From an uncultured Methanosarcinaceae archaeon (GTDB lineage Archaea > Halobacteriota > Methanosarcinia > Methanosarcinales > Methanosarcinaceae): a stretch of 64,000 nucleotides of DNA. Under the pieces are notes generated by a model, which was not told the origin of the DNA, searched no databases, and saw only the letters and a program-made list of their open reading frames with translations. Shown piece after piece: positions 19,975 through 31,646 of this stretch (the first letter of the stretch is position 1; the number at the start of each line of letters is the position of its first letter). The position numbers were made by a program, and so were the translations under genes. Location: contig CAWHXP010000002.1 in the NCBI GenBank assembly GCA_963833425.1, forward strand, positions 1-64,000, given 5' to 3'.

Positions 19975-20100
19975 AGGAATATCTTTATGCAAGTTTTAGG
20001 AACAACTGCGCTGATGTTTGTAATACTGATGAGTAACACACACAATTAACGATGCCTATATTACGAACGAACACAGTAACACTATTTCTGTAATTGAGGT
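19975..20100 (+). pseudogene. Fragment of a YVTN-repeat gene (signal peptide plus start of first blade)
   Basis: LGTTALMFVILMS...AYITNEHSNTISVIE resembles the start of the downstream gene. Confidence 0.5.
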
Positions 20101-20433
20101 CAGTACGACTCTAATAGAGGTATGAGTAAGCCTGTATGGTAATTGGGAAAAACTTGTAACCTACTGGCAGATACGCAAAGATCCTCTATGCAGAATGTGA
20201 TTTTAGGAACTCTATCTCATTCTAAATTGTCAAACGTTTTGCGACCTACTACCAGAAACTACAAAAAACAGATAGAGAGTAGAAGTTTGTGCTTTTTAGT
20301 ACAGATCTCAGATAGTTTATTACTGCCGTGAGAAAATAAGACGATTTATTATGATTACAAAGTTAAAGTACCATGGGAACCTACTATCTTATAATTTTTA
20401 TGTAATATAATACCAGGAAAAGGATTGAAGTAA

Positions 20434-21423
20434 ATGCTCAATAAAAGCAAATTGTATTCTATAGTCTTAGTTTCGGCAGCCATGATTTTAATTATGGTGT
20501 ATATAGCAGGTGCAGCACCGTTTGCATATGTCACAAACAGTGGCAGTGACAGTGTCTCTGTAATGGATACCGCGAATAATTCTGTTACAGCTACTGTGAA
20601 TGTAGGAAGCGTACCTTGGGAAGTTACAGGCACTCCAGATGGAACAAAGGTATATGTAGCAAACTCAGGCAGCGACACTATCTCTGTAATTGACACCTCA
20701 AACAACACTGTCATAGCTACGGTGAATGTAGGATCCATTCCTGTTGGAGTTGCAGCTAGCCCAGATGGAACACGTGTTTATGTAGCGAACAACGCCAGCA
20801 ACAATGTCTCTGTAATTAACACAACAACTAATACTGTCACAGCTACAGTTGAAGGATTGAATAAACCATTTAGAGTTGCAGTTAACCCAGCTGGAACAAA
20901 AGTGTACGTGACAAACATCGCCAATAATACTGTTTCTGTAATTAACACAACAACTAATACTGTGGTAGCTGCGGTGCCAGTAGATAGTTCTCCTACCGGA
21001 CTTTTAGTCACCCCTGATGGAATGAAGGTCTATGTTGCAAACTGCATCAGCAATACTGTTTCTGTAATTGATGCTGGAACAAATACTGTTACGTCCACAG
21101 TGGATGTTGGGAAAAATATTTTTCCGTTTGGAACTGCAATTTCTCCAGATGGATCAAAGGTATATGTGGCGAACGGGAACTTTTTTAACGGTGATGGCAC
21201 TGTTTCTGTAATTGACACAGGCACACACAATGTTACATCCACAGTAAATGCAGGACAAATTCCTTTAGGAGTTGCAGCTACACCAGATGGAACAAAGATA
21301 TATGTGGTGAATGGGAACTTTTTTAGTGGTGAAGGTACTGTCTCTGTAATCAACACAGCCACAAAAAAAGTTACAGCTACGGTAAATGTAGGACATTATC
21401 CTTCTGCCATTTCTATAAGGTAA
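20434..21423 (+). CDS. Secreted YVTN beta-propeller repeat surface protein
   Basis: Signal peptide plus seven PDGTKVYVAN..SNTVSVIDT repeats; no PKD tail. Confidence 0.92.
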   Translation: MLNKSKLYSIVLVSAAMILIMVYIAGAAPFAYVTNSGSDSVSVMDTANNSVTATVNVGSVPWEVTGTPDGTKVYVANSGSDTISVIDTSNNTVIATVNVGSIPVGVAASPDGTRVYVANNASNNVSVINTTTNTVTATVEGLNKPFRVAVNPAGTKVYVTNIANNTVSVINTTTNTVVAAVPVDSSPTGLLVTPDGMKVYVANCISNTVSVIDAGTNTVTSTVDVGKNIFPFGTAISPDGSKVYVANGNFFNGDGTVSVIDTGTHNVTSTVNAGQIPLGVAATPDGTKIYVVNGNFFSGEGTVSVINTATKKVTATVNVGHYPSAISIR

Positions 21424-22323
21424 TTACAGACCACACTAGCGCATTAAAGACAGTACATCTTGATGTACTGAATCCTGGGCAAAAGAAATAATTTATCCCG
21501 TGTCTGAGTATGTATATTACATGACTTCCCTTAAATTAAGTGTGATAGGAATGATCCATAACACTTCTAATAGTAACTAAAAAGTAAGGAGTCAAAAAAC
21601 TCCTTTATCTAATTTAACATGAAAGTACGTAACTAAACTAATTGGCAGTCTACCCAAAGTTCCGTAAAAGATTAAAGATACAGAGTTAATCAGAAATACA
21701 GATCTTTAGGGATGTGGAAATCAAACGGCCAACTAAAACCAAAATTGTAACCTGTTAGATATTAGCGAGAGGTAAACCTAGGTGTAAATAACTTATGCAA
21801 TAAATTTTCGCTATTCTTTACCCTCCCCATGAGGCAAAAAATTATACTATTATATTGCTTTTTTTAAGATTTAAAGCTTAAATAGACGCTTTTGATTGTT
21901 TGAAACATTGCCTAGCTACAAATTCTTATCATTATTGATTTTCAATTAATTATCTGATTTGGCTATAAACTGACAAATATATCTCAAAATCAATTCAATT
22001 TGTTCAATAAAAATACCAACTAATACAAATAAATCAACTTGATCCGCATAAAAAAGCTATAATTAGCAAAACTCATCAAATAAATCGCTACAGCCGACAA
22101 ATCCATTGAAACAGTCATTTTCTATGTCATGGTCTCTTCACGATCTCTGACATAGTCACCATGATCACTAAATCATTTGCCAAACACTCAGCCCAAATCA
22201 GTTATCTTATAAAGTCTAAGCTTCATTTTTAAACTTACTAAATAAAATTTATTTTGTATTACTTTACGAGTTTTTTGGATATCGCTAACTCTTTTCCCCA
22301 CTTAAGCTAAAGGACGGCTTAAT

Positions 22324-23744
22324 CTCAGCCCCTACAACCGATTTATAATCAGTCTTATATGATTCTAAGCAATGCAAGAAAATACCTTAAATCGCCCCAC
22401 AATCGGTAGTTTTTGCTCTATATTTCTCATAAACCTGTGGTGATTAAACAGCTTAAATTTTTCTAAAGCTTGTTCTTATTTTTCGACCTTAAACTAAAGA
22501 ATATGAAATTTATGTGAAATCCAATCTTAAAATCTAAGCACCGAACGTTATAACTTCATTCATATCATTTTAAAATAATAAAATTATATGAAAAATATCC
22601 AGAAGGTACTTACCATGCTATGGAAGTAAAATCAGGAAGAATTTATTTTGTTGAAAAAATGAATGAATCTGGGACAACTAGCGAGATTTTTATTAGAAGT
22701 TCTATGTATTATCATTACCTTAGTTAAATAAACGTCTTAAAACGGCTTAAAATAGTTCATTTTTGATATGAAGGTATAAAGCCCACCTTAGTGTATAAAG
22801 GAACTAAAAAAACATTAAATACGATACTTACTAATATCAACTATGTAAAATAAAAAACTGTGTTATTATACCACGTCCTACAAAGCTCACTCATGAAGTA
22901 CAACAGAAAATCGGTGATTGTGTATCTATTGGATTGACTTACGCTTTGGCTTCTTCAGCGGCCGGCGTAACTTACCAGACTTTCAATCAATGGATGAAAT
23001 TGGGAAGAGATTCAACTTCAGGAAAGTACTTTGAATTCTATAAACATATTGAACAACGGAATGTTGAAGGAGCTCTAAGAATATTATAAAGACTGAACGT
23101 TGCTGCTGAAGCCGGCAACTGCCACGTTTGTATGTTCATTTTGGAGAGACTGTTCCCGGAAAGTTATGGAAGGCGTGAATATAGAAAAGTTAATACAGTT
23201 TCACAGAATAAAAATGAGAATGTTGAGATAATCGTTAAAGATGGAGATGAAATTAGAAAAGATATTTTGGCAAAGTTCATTCAAGTTAGAGAAATTAATG
23301 AGTAATCAATAGTTTAATTTTTAATCAAAATTTCACGTATCCTTAATAGAACTACCTTCAGATTAATTTTGTTTCCTAGGGTAATTGTAGCCTAACTTAT
23401 CAAATTAACCGCAACACTTTAAGGTTTACCTATTAGTTTAGTTTATTTCAAAATACTTTTAAGTCCAATATGTTGTTTCTTAAGTCCAGCGTATTTGACT
23501 GGGCTGGCAAGTTTCAAATATAGATAGATAGTGGAAAATTTTAATAATTATCTCTAAAAGACCTACAAAAACAACTATAATTTAAATTTAATTATCCAGA
23601 GTTTATGCCTTTATTAAGATCATTAAGGCAATATTAGGGCAAAATGAAAAAACGGTACTTTGAACAAAAATTTAGAAGCCCCGTACGTGATTCGAACACG
23701 CGACCTAGTGATTACAAGTCACTCGCTCTACCGGGCTGAGCCAA
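22324..23744. repeat. Long direct repeat, copy 2 (ends inside the intact tRNA-Thr)
   Basis: Matches 13620-15039. Confidence 0.95.
22868..23305 (+). pseudogene. HTH / phage terminase-small-subunit-like pseudogene, copy 2
   Basis: 146-codon frame (I)PRPTKLTHEVQQKIG...AGVTYQTFNQWMKLG...KYFEFY...L*RLNVAAEAG...FILERLFPESYGRR; ATA in place of start, internal TAA at 23087. Confidence 0.62.
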
Positions 23745-23750
23745 CGAGGC
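23677..23750 (-). tRNA. tRNA-Thr (anticodon TGT)
   Basis: GCCTCGTTGGCTCAGCCCGGTAGAGCGAGTGACTTGTAATCACTAGGTCGCGTGTTCGAATCACGTACGGGGCT folds as a cloverleaf; no intron, CCA not encoded. Confidence 0.97.
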
Positions 23751-23929
23751 AAGTTACAACTGTCTGCAGACTTATCTAAATACAATACTTACAGATAAAC
23801 TTTATGGCAGATTTCTCTTTTTGAGGTCAAGTTTGATGTTTTAACCATCATCCTTCTATCTGCTTTTGCCTTCCTCTAAAAATGATGCAAATCATTCTTA
23901 TGGTATTCTTTATCTATATATTGCTTAAG

Positions 23930-24493
23930 ATGTGGCAGAAAATAGCAAAATACGGGCGCAAGTTGGTTGAACATAAGCTTGTAGAATCCAATTTCGGAAA
24001 CATCAGTCTCAGAGCTGGGGATAAAATGCTTATTACCAGGACTGGGGCTGCGCTTGATGAGATTACCGGATTTAAGGTTGTTGAGGTAAATATTCAGGAC
24101 ACTTCATCTCTGGATATTATTGCATCATCTGAATCAGTTGTACATAAAGAGATTTATCGTCAGACCTCAGCTCTTGCAATCATTCACGCTCACTGTGAAT
24201 ATGCGGTTGTTGCTTCCCTGCTTGCAGGTCCCGCAGGAATAATCTTGCCTATAGACAGCGAAGGGCAGTACTTTCTAGAAGATATTCCAATAGTCGAAGG
24301 TGGAATAGGTAGCCTCAAGCTTGCAGAAACTCTTGCAAATGTACTCTCGAAGCGAAGATGTGCTATAGTGTATGGTCATGGAAGTTTTGCAATTGGGCAA
24401 ACTCTTGGAGACGCTTATGAAGTGACAACACAGCTTGAACATTCATGCAAAATTAAATATTTATATGAACTTGCATCTTCGGAAAGGAAATAA
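23930..24493 (+). CDS. Class II aldolase/adducin family protein
   Basis: GNIS.R, ASSE..VH..IY, IIHAH, GHG, EH zinc-binding motifs. Confidence 0.88.
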   Translation: MWQKIAKYGRKLVEHKLVESNFGNISLRAGDKMLITRTGAALDEITGFKVVEVNIQDTSSLDIIASSESVVHKEIYRQTSALAIIHAHCEYAVVASLLAGPAGIILPIDSEGQYFLEDIPIVEGGIGSLKLAETLANVLSKRRCAIVYGHGSFAIGQTLGDAYEVTTQLEHSCKIKYLYELASSERK

Positions 24494-24784
24494 GTAAATT
24501 TATCTATTGATAGGCGGATAATCAAGCACACAGCTTCAGTATGAAATCATGGCACATTTTATTTTATGGGATAACAAAAATTCTTCATCATTTACTGCAC
24601 TCTAAGAGTGAAATAAATCAAAAACTCGAAAAGAATCAAAAGTCTCATAACTATGCAAAAACAGGTAAAACACAGAATAATATGAATAAACAAATCGTAC
24701 TGGAGATGTGGTGCGAGACTGTTTGTCTGCTTTTGGATAGTTTTGTATTGCGAATATATCATTAAAGGAAGAATCTCGAATATT

Positions 24785-25396
24785 ATGGCTTTGAATAACC
24801 TGAGACCGTTTGCTTCAAAAGTTATCGAACCACTTGCCGATTTGTTTATCAGATTTGAGGTCTCACCTGACGCAGTTTCTCTAGCTTCTCTTATCTGTGC
24901 CTTTTTTGCAGGAGTAAGTTTTTACTATTCATCTACAGCGAAGGAACTCACCCTGCTTGCAGGCATCATGGTAATATTCAATTCGATTTTTGACGCCCTC
25001 GATGGAGTAATTGCACGAAAATCCAACAAGGCAACTCTAAAGGGTGATTTTCTGGATCATGTTATCGATCGGTATTCAGATGTCTTCATTATCTGCAGCA
25101 TCTTTTTCGCAGGTTATGTGCACTGGAAGATCGGAGTTGCAGCAATTGTAGGCGTGCTCCTTACCAGCTATCTAGGTATCCAGGCTCAAGCCCTCAATTT
25201 TGGAAGATACTATGGAGGGCTTATGGGTAGGGCCGATCGTCTTGTAGTCGTAATACTTGCTGCTTTCGCTAATTCTATCTACTTGGATTCAATTGCAGGA
25301 TTTCACATCTTGGGTTGGGCTGTTGTCCTGATTGCTATAACCAGTCATATTACCGCGGTCCAGAGAATTCTCTATATCTGGAACAAGCTGAAATAG
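24785..25396 (+). CDS. CDP-alcohol phosphatidyltransferase (archaetidylinositol-phosphate synthase-like)
   Basis: DALDGVIAR...GDFLDHVIDRYSD motif. Confidence 0.88.
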   Translation: MALNNLRPFASKVIEPLADLFIRFEVSPDAVSLASLICAFFAGVSFYYSSTAKELTLLAGIMVIFNSIFDALDGVIARKSNKATLKGDFLDHVIDRYSDVFIICSIFFAGYVHWKIGVAAIVGVLLTSYLGIQAQALNFGRYYGGLMGRADRLVVVILAAFANSIYLDSIAGFHILGWAVVLIAITSHITAVQRILYIWNKLK

Positions 25397-25504
25397 TTTA
25401 TTTTTTGAGTATTTTTTGGATTAATTTACACGAATTTTTCCTTGAGCCTGAAAATTGTCACTACAGCACATAAGTTGATGTAAGACCAAATCCAATAAAG
25501 AACT

Positions 25505-25945
25505 ATGCAGTCTCAACAAAAACAGTATGAATATCTCGAACACACTGCAGATGTGAAATTCCTGGCTTATGGGAATACTTTGGAGGAAGTATTTGAAAAT
25601 GCTGCTCTTGCTATGTTTAATGTTATGATAGATATAGGAAAGATCTCAGAAGATGTGGAAAAAAATGTTTTTTTGAAATCACAAGATCTGGAGTCTTTGA
25701 TCGTGGACTGGCTTTCTGAGCATTTATACATCTTTGAAGTTGATCAAATTATTTTTAGTAAGTTTCATGTTGACAGAATAAGAGAAGAGAACGGTGAATA
25801 TTCGATCACGTCCAGGGCGTCAGGAGAAAAATATTACCCAAGTAGCCATCCATTTGAAACCGAAATCAAGGCAGTTACCTATAACCAATTAAAAATAGAA
25901 CGGATTGCAGATGGCTGGAGGGCTCAAGTCGTTTTAGATATTTAA
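25505..25945 (+). CDS. Archease
   Basis: EHTADV, EIKAVTY, C-terminal VLDI; upstream of rtcB. Confidence 0.95.
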   Translation: MQSQQKQYEYLEHTADVKFLAYGNTLEEVFENAALAMFNVMIDIGKISEDVEKNVFLKSQDLESLIVDWLSEHLYIFEVDQIIFSKFHVDRIREENGEYSITSRASGEKYYPSSHPFETEIKAVTYNQLKIERIADGWRAQVVLDI

Positions 25946-26471
25946 TGGGACATAAGATTTAGATCCATTTTTTACATGTAGCCATCGTTTTCTATTTTAA
26001 TTTTTTGTGCTATATATATCTTTATTTATATAACTTTTAATCCCAGTAGGCTTATCAAATCTCAAATTTAATTCCTAATCCTAAACTGATTTAATTATGT
26101 TTCTACTAAACTTTATTTACCAAGCCGGATATCGTTATCCTATATTTCAAAATGCATGCATTCTTGTAATATGTATTTCAATCAAATTTTCAAAGCAATT
26201 TACAGAACCTCGGGTCGGCGGCAGGAATCATAAATGCAAAGTCAAATGAAGGAAAAGAACAGTAATTACTGGAAGAAGAGAACATCTTCATATACTTTTT
26301 TTCGTCCAGTTTTCTTGTGGTTAATTATGCTTAGGAGATTTTAAATTTGAATGTTTATATTCAAAACAATATATGTATATATATGTCTAAAAATCGTAAT
26401 TAATTTGTGAGCTTACTATAATAGTTTCAGAGTTTTTATTCATCAAGAGTAAAGATCAGAGAGTATCAATT

Positions 26472-27974
26472 ATGACAGAAAATGAAAATATAGAGACTGA
26501 GGACTTAGATACAAAAACTGTACGATCAAATGTTAAAAACATTTTTCGAAAGGTTTCTGAAAACATCTGGGATATACCTATAGGCCATATTCCGAATATG
26601 AAAGTTCCAGGCCGATTATTTGCGTCTAACAATTTGCTTGAATACATTGAAACTGAGACTATCGATCAGATCGCAAATGTGGCCACTCTCCCTGGTATTC
26701 AAAAGTATTCAATGGCAATGCCTGATGCACATCTTGGCTATGGTTTTGCTATCGGGGGTGTTGCAGCCTTTGATTCCGAGGAAGGAGTTATCAGCCCTGG
26801 TGGAGTGGGCTTTGATATTAACTGTGGTGTAAGGCTTATTCGCACCAACCTTCAGAAGGAAGATGCAGTTCCATTTGCAAAGAATTTAATTGACGAATTG
26901 TTTTATAATGTGCCTTCAGGTGTAGGTAGCAAGAGTAAGTTCAGGGCTTCTGATGAGGAACTGGATGATGCTTTTCTTTATGGTGCAAAGTGGGCTGTAG
27001 AAGCTGGCTATGGTACAGAAGATGATGTTGAAAATTGTGAGGCAAATGGCTATATTGAAGGAGCCGCCCCTTCCATGGTTAGCACGAAGGCTAGAAAGAG
27101 GGGGAAGCCTCAATTGGGAACTCTTGGGAGTGGGAATCATTTCCTTGAAGTTCAGTATGTGGATGAAATTTACGACAGAGAAATAGCATCTATTTTCGGG
27201 CTTGAAGAAGGACAGATTACGGTTATGATCCATTGTGGATCACGGGGAATGGGGCACCAGATCTGCACAGATTATCTAAAGGAACTATATCAGGCTGTAA
27301 AGAACTACGGGATCAATATTCCAGATAAACAGCTTGCCTGTGCTCCCGCTCAGTCCAGAGAGGCACAGAACTACTTTAAATCCATGCTCTGTGCTGCAAA
27401 TTATGCATGGGCAAACCGTCAGATGATCACTCACTGGACGAGAGAATCTTTTGAAAAGATATTTCGGCACGATGCCGATGATCTGGAAATGGATCTCCTT
27501 TATGACATTGCTCACAACGTGGCAAAGCTTGAAGAGCATATTGTGGATGGCAAGAAAAAAGAGGTGTATGTCCACAGAAAAGGGGCAACAAGAGCATTTC
27601 CTCCAGGGGATCCGGAAGTTCCGCTTTCGTATAGGGATGTAGGTCAGCCGGTTCTGATTCCTGGTAGTATGGGGACTCCTTCTTTTATACTATGCGGTGC
27701 AAAAGGAGCTATGGATCTTTCTTTCGGCAGTTGCTGCCATGGTGCTGGTAGGATAATGAGCAGGGCGCATGCAAAAAAAGAATTAAGCGGGCAAATAATA
27801 AGGGAAAACCTTGAAGCTCAAGGTATCACAGTTAGATCGACTCATCCTTCTGTAATTGCAGAAGAAGCTCCAAATGTATATAAGTCCAGCATCGATGTAG
27901 TAAACGTCGTTCATGAGCTCGGAATTGCTCATAAGGTCGCAAGAGTTTTTCCTCTTGGGGTTGCGAAAGGTTAG
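26472..27974 (+). CDS. rtcB: tRNA-splicing ligase RtcB
   Basis: MPDAH.GYG, GFDINCGVR, GSGNHF, VHRKGATRA, HGAGR. Confidence 0.97.
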   Translation: MTENENIETEDLDTKTVRSNVKNIFRKVSENIWDIPIGHIPNMKVPGRLFASNNLLEYIETETIDQIANVATLPGIQKYSMAMPDAHLGYGFAIGGVAAFDSEEGVISPGGVGFDINCGVRLIRTNLQKEDAVPFAKNLIDELFYNVPSGVGSKSKFRASDEELDDAFLYGAKWAVEAGYGTEDDVENCEANGYIEGAAPSMVSTKARKRGKPQLGTLGSGNHFLEVQYVDEIYDREIASIFGLEEGQITVMIHCGSRGMGHQICTDYLKELYQAVKNYGINIPDKQLACAPAQSREAQNYFKSMLCAANYAWANRQMITHWTRESFEKIFRHDADDLEMDLLYDIAHNVAKLEEHIVDGKKKEVYVHRKGATRAFPPGDPEVPLSYRDVGQPVLIPGSMGTPSFILCGAKGAMDLSFGSCCHGAGRIMSRAHAKKELSGQIIRENLEAQGITVRSTHPSVIAEEAPNVYKSSIDVVNVVHELGIAHKVARVFPLGVAKG

Positions 27975-28118
27975 GCGCTAAAAAGTCCGATCTGTATACA
28001 AAATCAGAATCTTGTTAAAGCTTTGATTCGTAGTATAATTTTTTTTAAGTCTAATTTTTCTTCTAATTTTTGGCCTTAATGATCTTAAGGTTTTTTTTTT
28101 TCATTTTTCTGCAGTATA

Positions 28119-29228
28119 TCATGTGTCTTTCAGTTCTCCCCTAATATAGGAGTTAGGACTGTAAAGCTTGGACTTCTTATTAAATCTAAATTCAATCATG
28201 CTTGAGTACGAAGAAGTCTCAAAAGGCGTGCCGTTTTCCCGGAATATATTTGAAAAATATTCAACAAGGTTGCGGATAAATTTTTCATTTTTGAAGTCAT
28301 GGAAGATAGTCACGGACTCTCTCTCAGGTTCAAGACAAATTTCTATATTCTTTACAAGTTGAGTTGCTAGGTACATTCTCTTAAAATGAATCAGCAAATC
28401 AGGAAGAGACATATCACTTACTGACTGCTTACACATGCGTTCAAGAATTTTGGTAGGGTTTGGGATGTCTCCAGTTGCAAAAACTTCTAATTGACTCCTG
28501 TGTAAAGTCACCAAATTATATTTTTCACAATTATAAGTATACATAACCTGGGTCCAAAAATCCGTATTTTCATCAAGTTCTTTGCATATAATGTCAAGAT
28601 ATCCAAAATATTTTCGGATCCCTGGCATAGTCTCGTTAGGAGATATAGATAAATTTTTTTTGAAAGAAATCTGAGTCGAGTTTGCTCTCCTGAACATATT
28701 CTCAACATCAAGTTGTTTCCACCTAGCCAGAAAGTGAGCCACAAGCTGAGCAAAAAAATCACGACTATTTACTGTAGCATTGGAAAAAATTACTAGTGCA
28801 GATTCCGGGTTATGGATGTCCTCACATTTTATCGAAGTCCTGATTGCCCAGTGGTAACTTCGAAAAATTTTATTTAAGTACTCTTCAAGCTGTTTCAGAT
28901 CCTGAATTTCGAATGGATTAATAAGCTCATTAACAAGTTCTTCATTTAAAAGCCGACCTTTAATGTATTTAAACAGATGTTCCAATATAGTTTTGTTTAT
29001 AACGACATTTTCTCCATTCTGGATTGTATCATTTAACTCTTCTCTTGCAGGGTTTTCCTTTAGAAATTTGATTGCTTCGTCGATACTTTTGTGGTATGTC
29101 AGAGCTGTATCAGCGACTTCAATAGTATCCCTGACTGCCGCGCTCAGATTCCCATCATTGGCATCCAGGAGGGGCTGCAATTTTTTAAGGTACTTGTCAT
29201 CAAGGGATATATTTTTTCTGATAAGCAC
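28119..29228 (-). CDS. Conserved hypothetical protein with N-terminal ribbon-helix-helix-like segment
   Basis: 369-aa ORF; RKNISLDD..LKKL......GNLSAAVRD.I; GGTGA RBS. Confidence 0.75.
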   Translation of the reverse strand: MLIRKNISLDDKYLKKLQPLLDANDGNLSAAVRDTIEVADTALTYHKSIDEAIKFLKENPAREELNDTIQNGENVVINKTILEHLFKYIKGRLLNEELVNELINPFEIQDLKQLEEYLNKIFRSYHWAIRTSIKCEDIHNPESALVIFSNATVNSRDFFAQLVAHFLARWKQLDVENMFRRANSTQISFKKNLSISPNETMPGIRKYFGYLDIICKELDENTDFWTQVMYTYNCEKYNLVTLHRSQLEVFATGDIPNPTKILERMCKQSVSDMSLPDLLIHFKRMYLATQLVKNIEICLEPERESVTIFHDFKNEKFIRNLVEYFSNIFRENGTPFETSSYSSMIEFRFNKKSKLYSPNSYIRGELKDT

Positions 29229-31125
29229 ATTTTCACCCTAGGAGATTCGATTTTTGGATCCTTTATATTACGATTCATTATTAATGCTCAAAAAATTAGT
29301 ATTTTCTCATGTTTCCATTTAAAATTTAGAAAATTCTTTTTTATCAAGAAATGTTTTTCAAATTCTAGAAAATTTACTTATGCTTTTAATTTAGTGATTT
29401 TTGATAAGCTTTTATTCTCACAAATAATTTATATACAATTGTACACATTATATAAATTGTAAAGGTTTATCTGACTCTTCTCAATATTATTGGTAAGTAC
29501 TACCAAATATTAAATCTTTCTATTTAGTGTTATTTTTTGGTAATTGAGCTGGTAAATCTCATTCCAAAAGATATTATATTCATGCTATTCGACGTACAAC
29601 AACTCTCGTATTTGATAATTTTGATTTTAAGTTGGATAACTTTGCTATTAAATTAAAAAAGGTGTTAATCTGCAAAGATTTCGAAAAATCTTTAAATTTT
29701 TTCGTAAATTTTCAAATTACTTTTAAATAATCATGGAAATCAAATATTTATCTACATTTTCTATAGTAAAAATATTTTTTAGTATTTTTTTGATTCTATT
29801 TTGCATATTGTTCTCAGCTGCTTGATTTTTATTTTTTTCAATTTGTGATTTAGTTTTGGTGTCGGATTTGATATATTATGTGATGATGGGAAAAATATCA
29901 AAATATTGTGTAAAAAACTAGAATAACTAATAGGCTGAGAAGAATATAAGATGTATACTTCTTCATTTTGTTTTTTGTAAGGTGGATAACAGATACATCA
30001 AATTTTGATGAAATTTTTAGAGATTTTAAATTGATTTTTGACGAAAATATTGGATTTTGTGTCTTATAAATTGTATTGTTCAACTAAGGATAAATGGATC
30101 TAATTGTACTAGTATTCTGATTCAAGTTAAACTTTATTATCAAGCTGAGTAAGTGACAAATAATCCAGAATAGATAATACTGATTCACAATTCTGTATAT
30201 ATATGTGTTAAAACAGTGTACAATCTGTATCAGAAACTTTTGAATGTTGAAGAGGACTGGCATAACCTGAAAGATCATTTAATTGGTTCCCTTTTGTCCT
30301 TGCAGTTTGTCTAATCTTTGATTATATTGTAATCTCAATAATAGTTAGACATTTTTTAAAACTGTAACTTCGTGAGTAAATTAATATAGTTTCTGTTTGA
30401 ATCTTGGAAGTAAGTCTAAAAATACTATCAAGTTCTTACAATTTTTAAATAACTCACGATCTTCGAGGTAATGACAGTCCGAAAGAGCGAGTTTGGGAGT
30501 GGATTTATAAGTGTCTGGCAATTCGTATCGAAGTTCTTAGCCAGCCAGACACTTTCCTCCTAATAAGAGAAAATTATTTTGTGAATTAGCTTTCAAAATG
30601 AACTCACCATGGAAATTAAAATTTGTTTTTTGAATCTTGTATATTAAGTAACTAATCGATCTTTGCACTGCTTCTAGAGTATAGAAGGCCATGAATTCCT
30701 TTCTTTTGGGTCGGAAACTACATGTACTCTCAATCTTTCTGTTTCCATAAATCTTAAATCATCGTTTCTTTGAAGATGAGTTTATTTTTGGCTCATGGTC
30801 ATATGTAGTGTCGGCTTTATTCTCGGTATGATACGAATTTGATCAAACACTTTTGTCTATAGTTACAGTCGGATAATTCATCCTATACAATGGAGTCGGT
30901 GCCTAAATATCGATACGATATATTCGATCTCTTTCTGAAGGCCTATCTTAAAGACTTCATAGCTTCTAGTGGGAACGATTATATCCTTCGGATTGACTAA
31001 CTTATCTTAGAAAAAAACAGATGGCCTTGATAAAGAAGAATAGTCTATAACCCGTATGAATTAGCAATATGTATGCGTACTTTGGAATTTAAACTTACTG
31101 GGAAAAGAAAAAAGGGGATTCATGC

Positions 31126-31614
31126 ATGAAAAGCACTGTTTACAAGAAGATAATGATTGCAACCGACGGCTCGGAACTAGTACAAAAAGCAGTTGATTCC
31201 GCAATTGAAATTGCAAAGCTAAGCGAAGCACAGCTGTATGCTATATATGTGATTGCACTGGGGAGTTATTCGATAACTCCATATATAGACGCAGAATGGG
31301 AAAAAGCGATGAAAGAGCATCTCAGGAAAGAAGGTAAGGAAGCGACAGCTTATGTAGAAAACGCTGGCAAAGCTGCAAATGTTGAGGTAAAATCTATTAT
31401 TCTAGAAGGAAGCCCGGCCAATGAGATCATTGACTTCGCAGAAAAAAACGATATTGATCTTATAATTATGGGCTCACACGGGAAATCCGCAATTCAGAGA
31501 TTCCTTATTGGAAGCGTAGCAGAAAAAGTGGTAAAGTACTCGAAAATAGCAGTCCTTGTTGTAAGGAAGAAAACTACTGAAAATGTATTATTAAATCTCG
31601 TCCAAGTATTATAA
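31126..31614 (+). CDS. Universal stress protein (UspA family)
   Basis: KKIMIATDGS, DLIIMGSHG, LIGSVAEKVV. Confidence 0.93.
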   Translation: MKSTVYKKIMIATDGSELVQKAVDSAIEIAKLSEAQLYAIYVIALGSYSITPYIDAEWEKAMKEHLRKEGKEATAYVENAGKAANVEVKSIILEGSPANEIIDFAEKNDIDLIIMGSHGKSAIQRFLIGSVAEKVVKYSKIAVLVVRKKTTENVLLNLVQVL

Positions 31615-31646
31615 AACTAGAGTTTATGAACTGGAGATTGTAGATC

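Noticed and set aside
20520..21400. Tandem DNA repeats (TCTGTAATT...) as a non-coding array or DGR template
   Set aside because: Fully explained by YVTN blade coding repeats; no reverse transcriptase nearby
26472..27974. Intein in RtcB
   Set aside because: 500-aa length and a contiguous GFDINCGVR motif leave no room for an insertion
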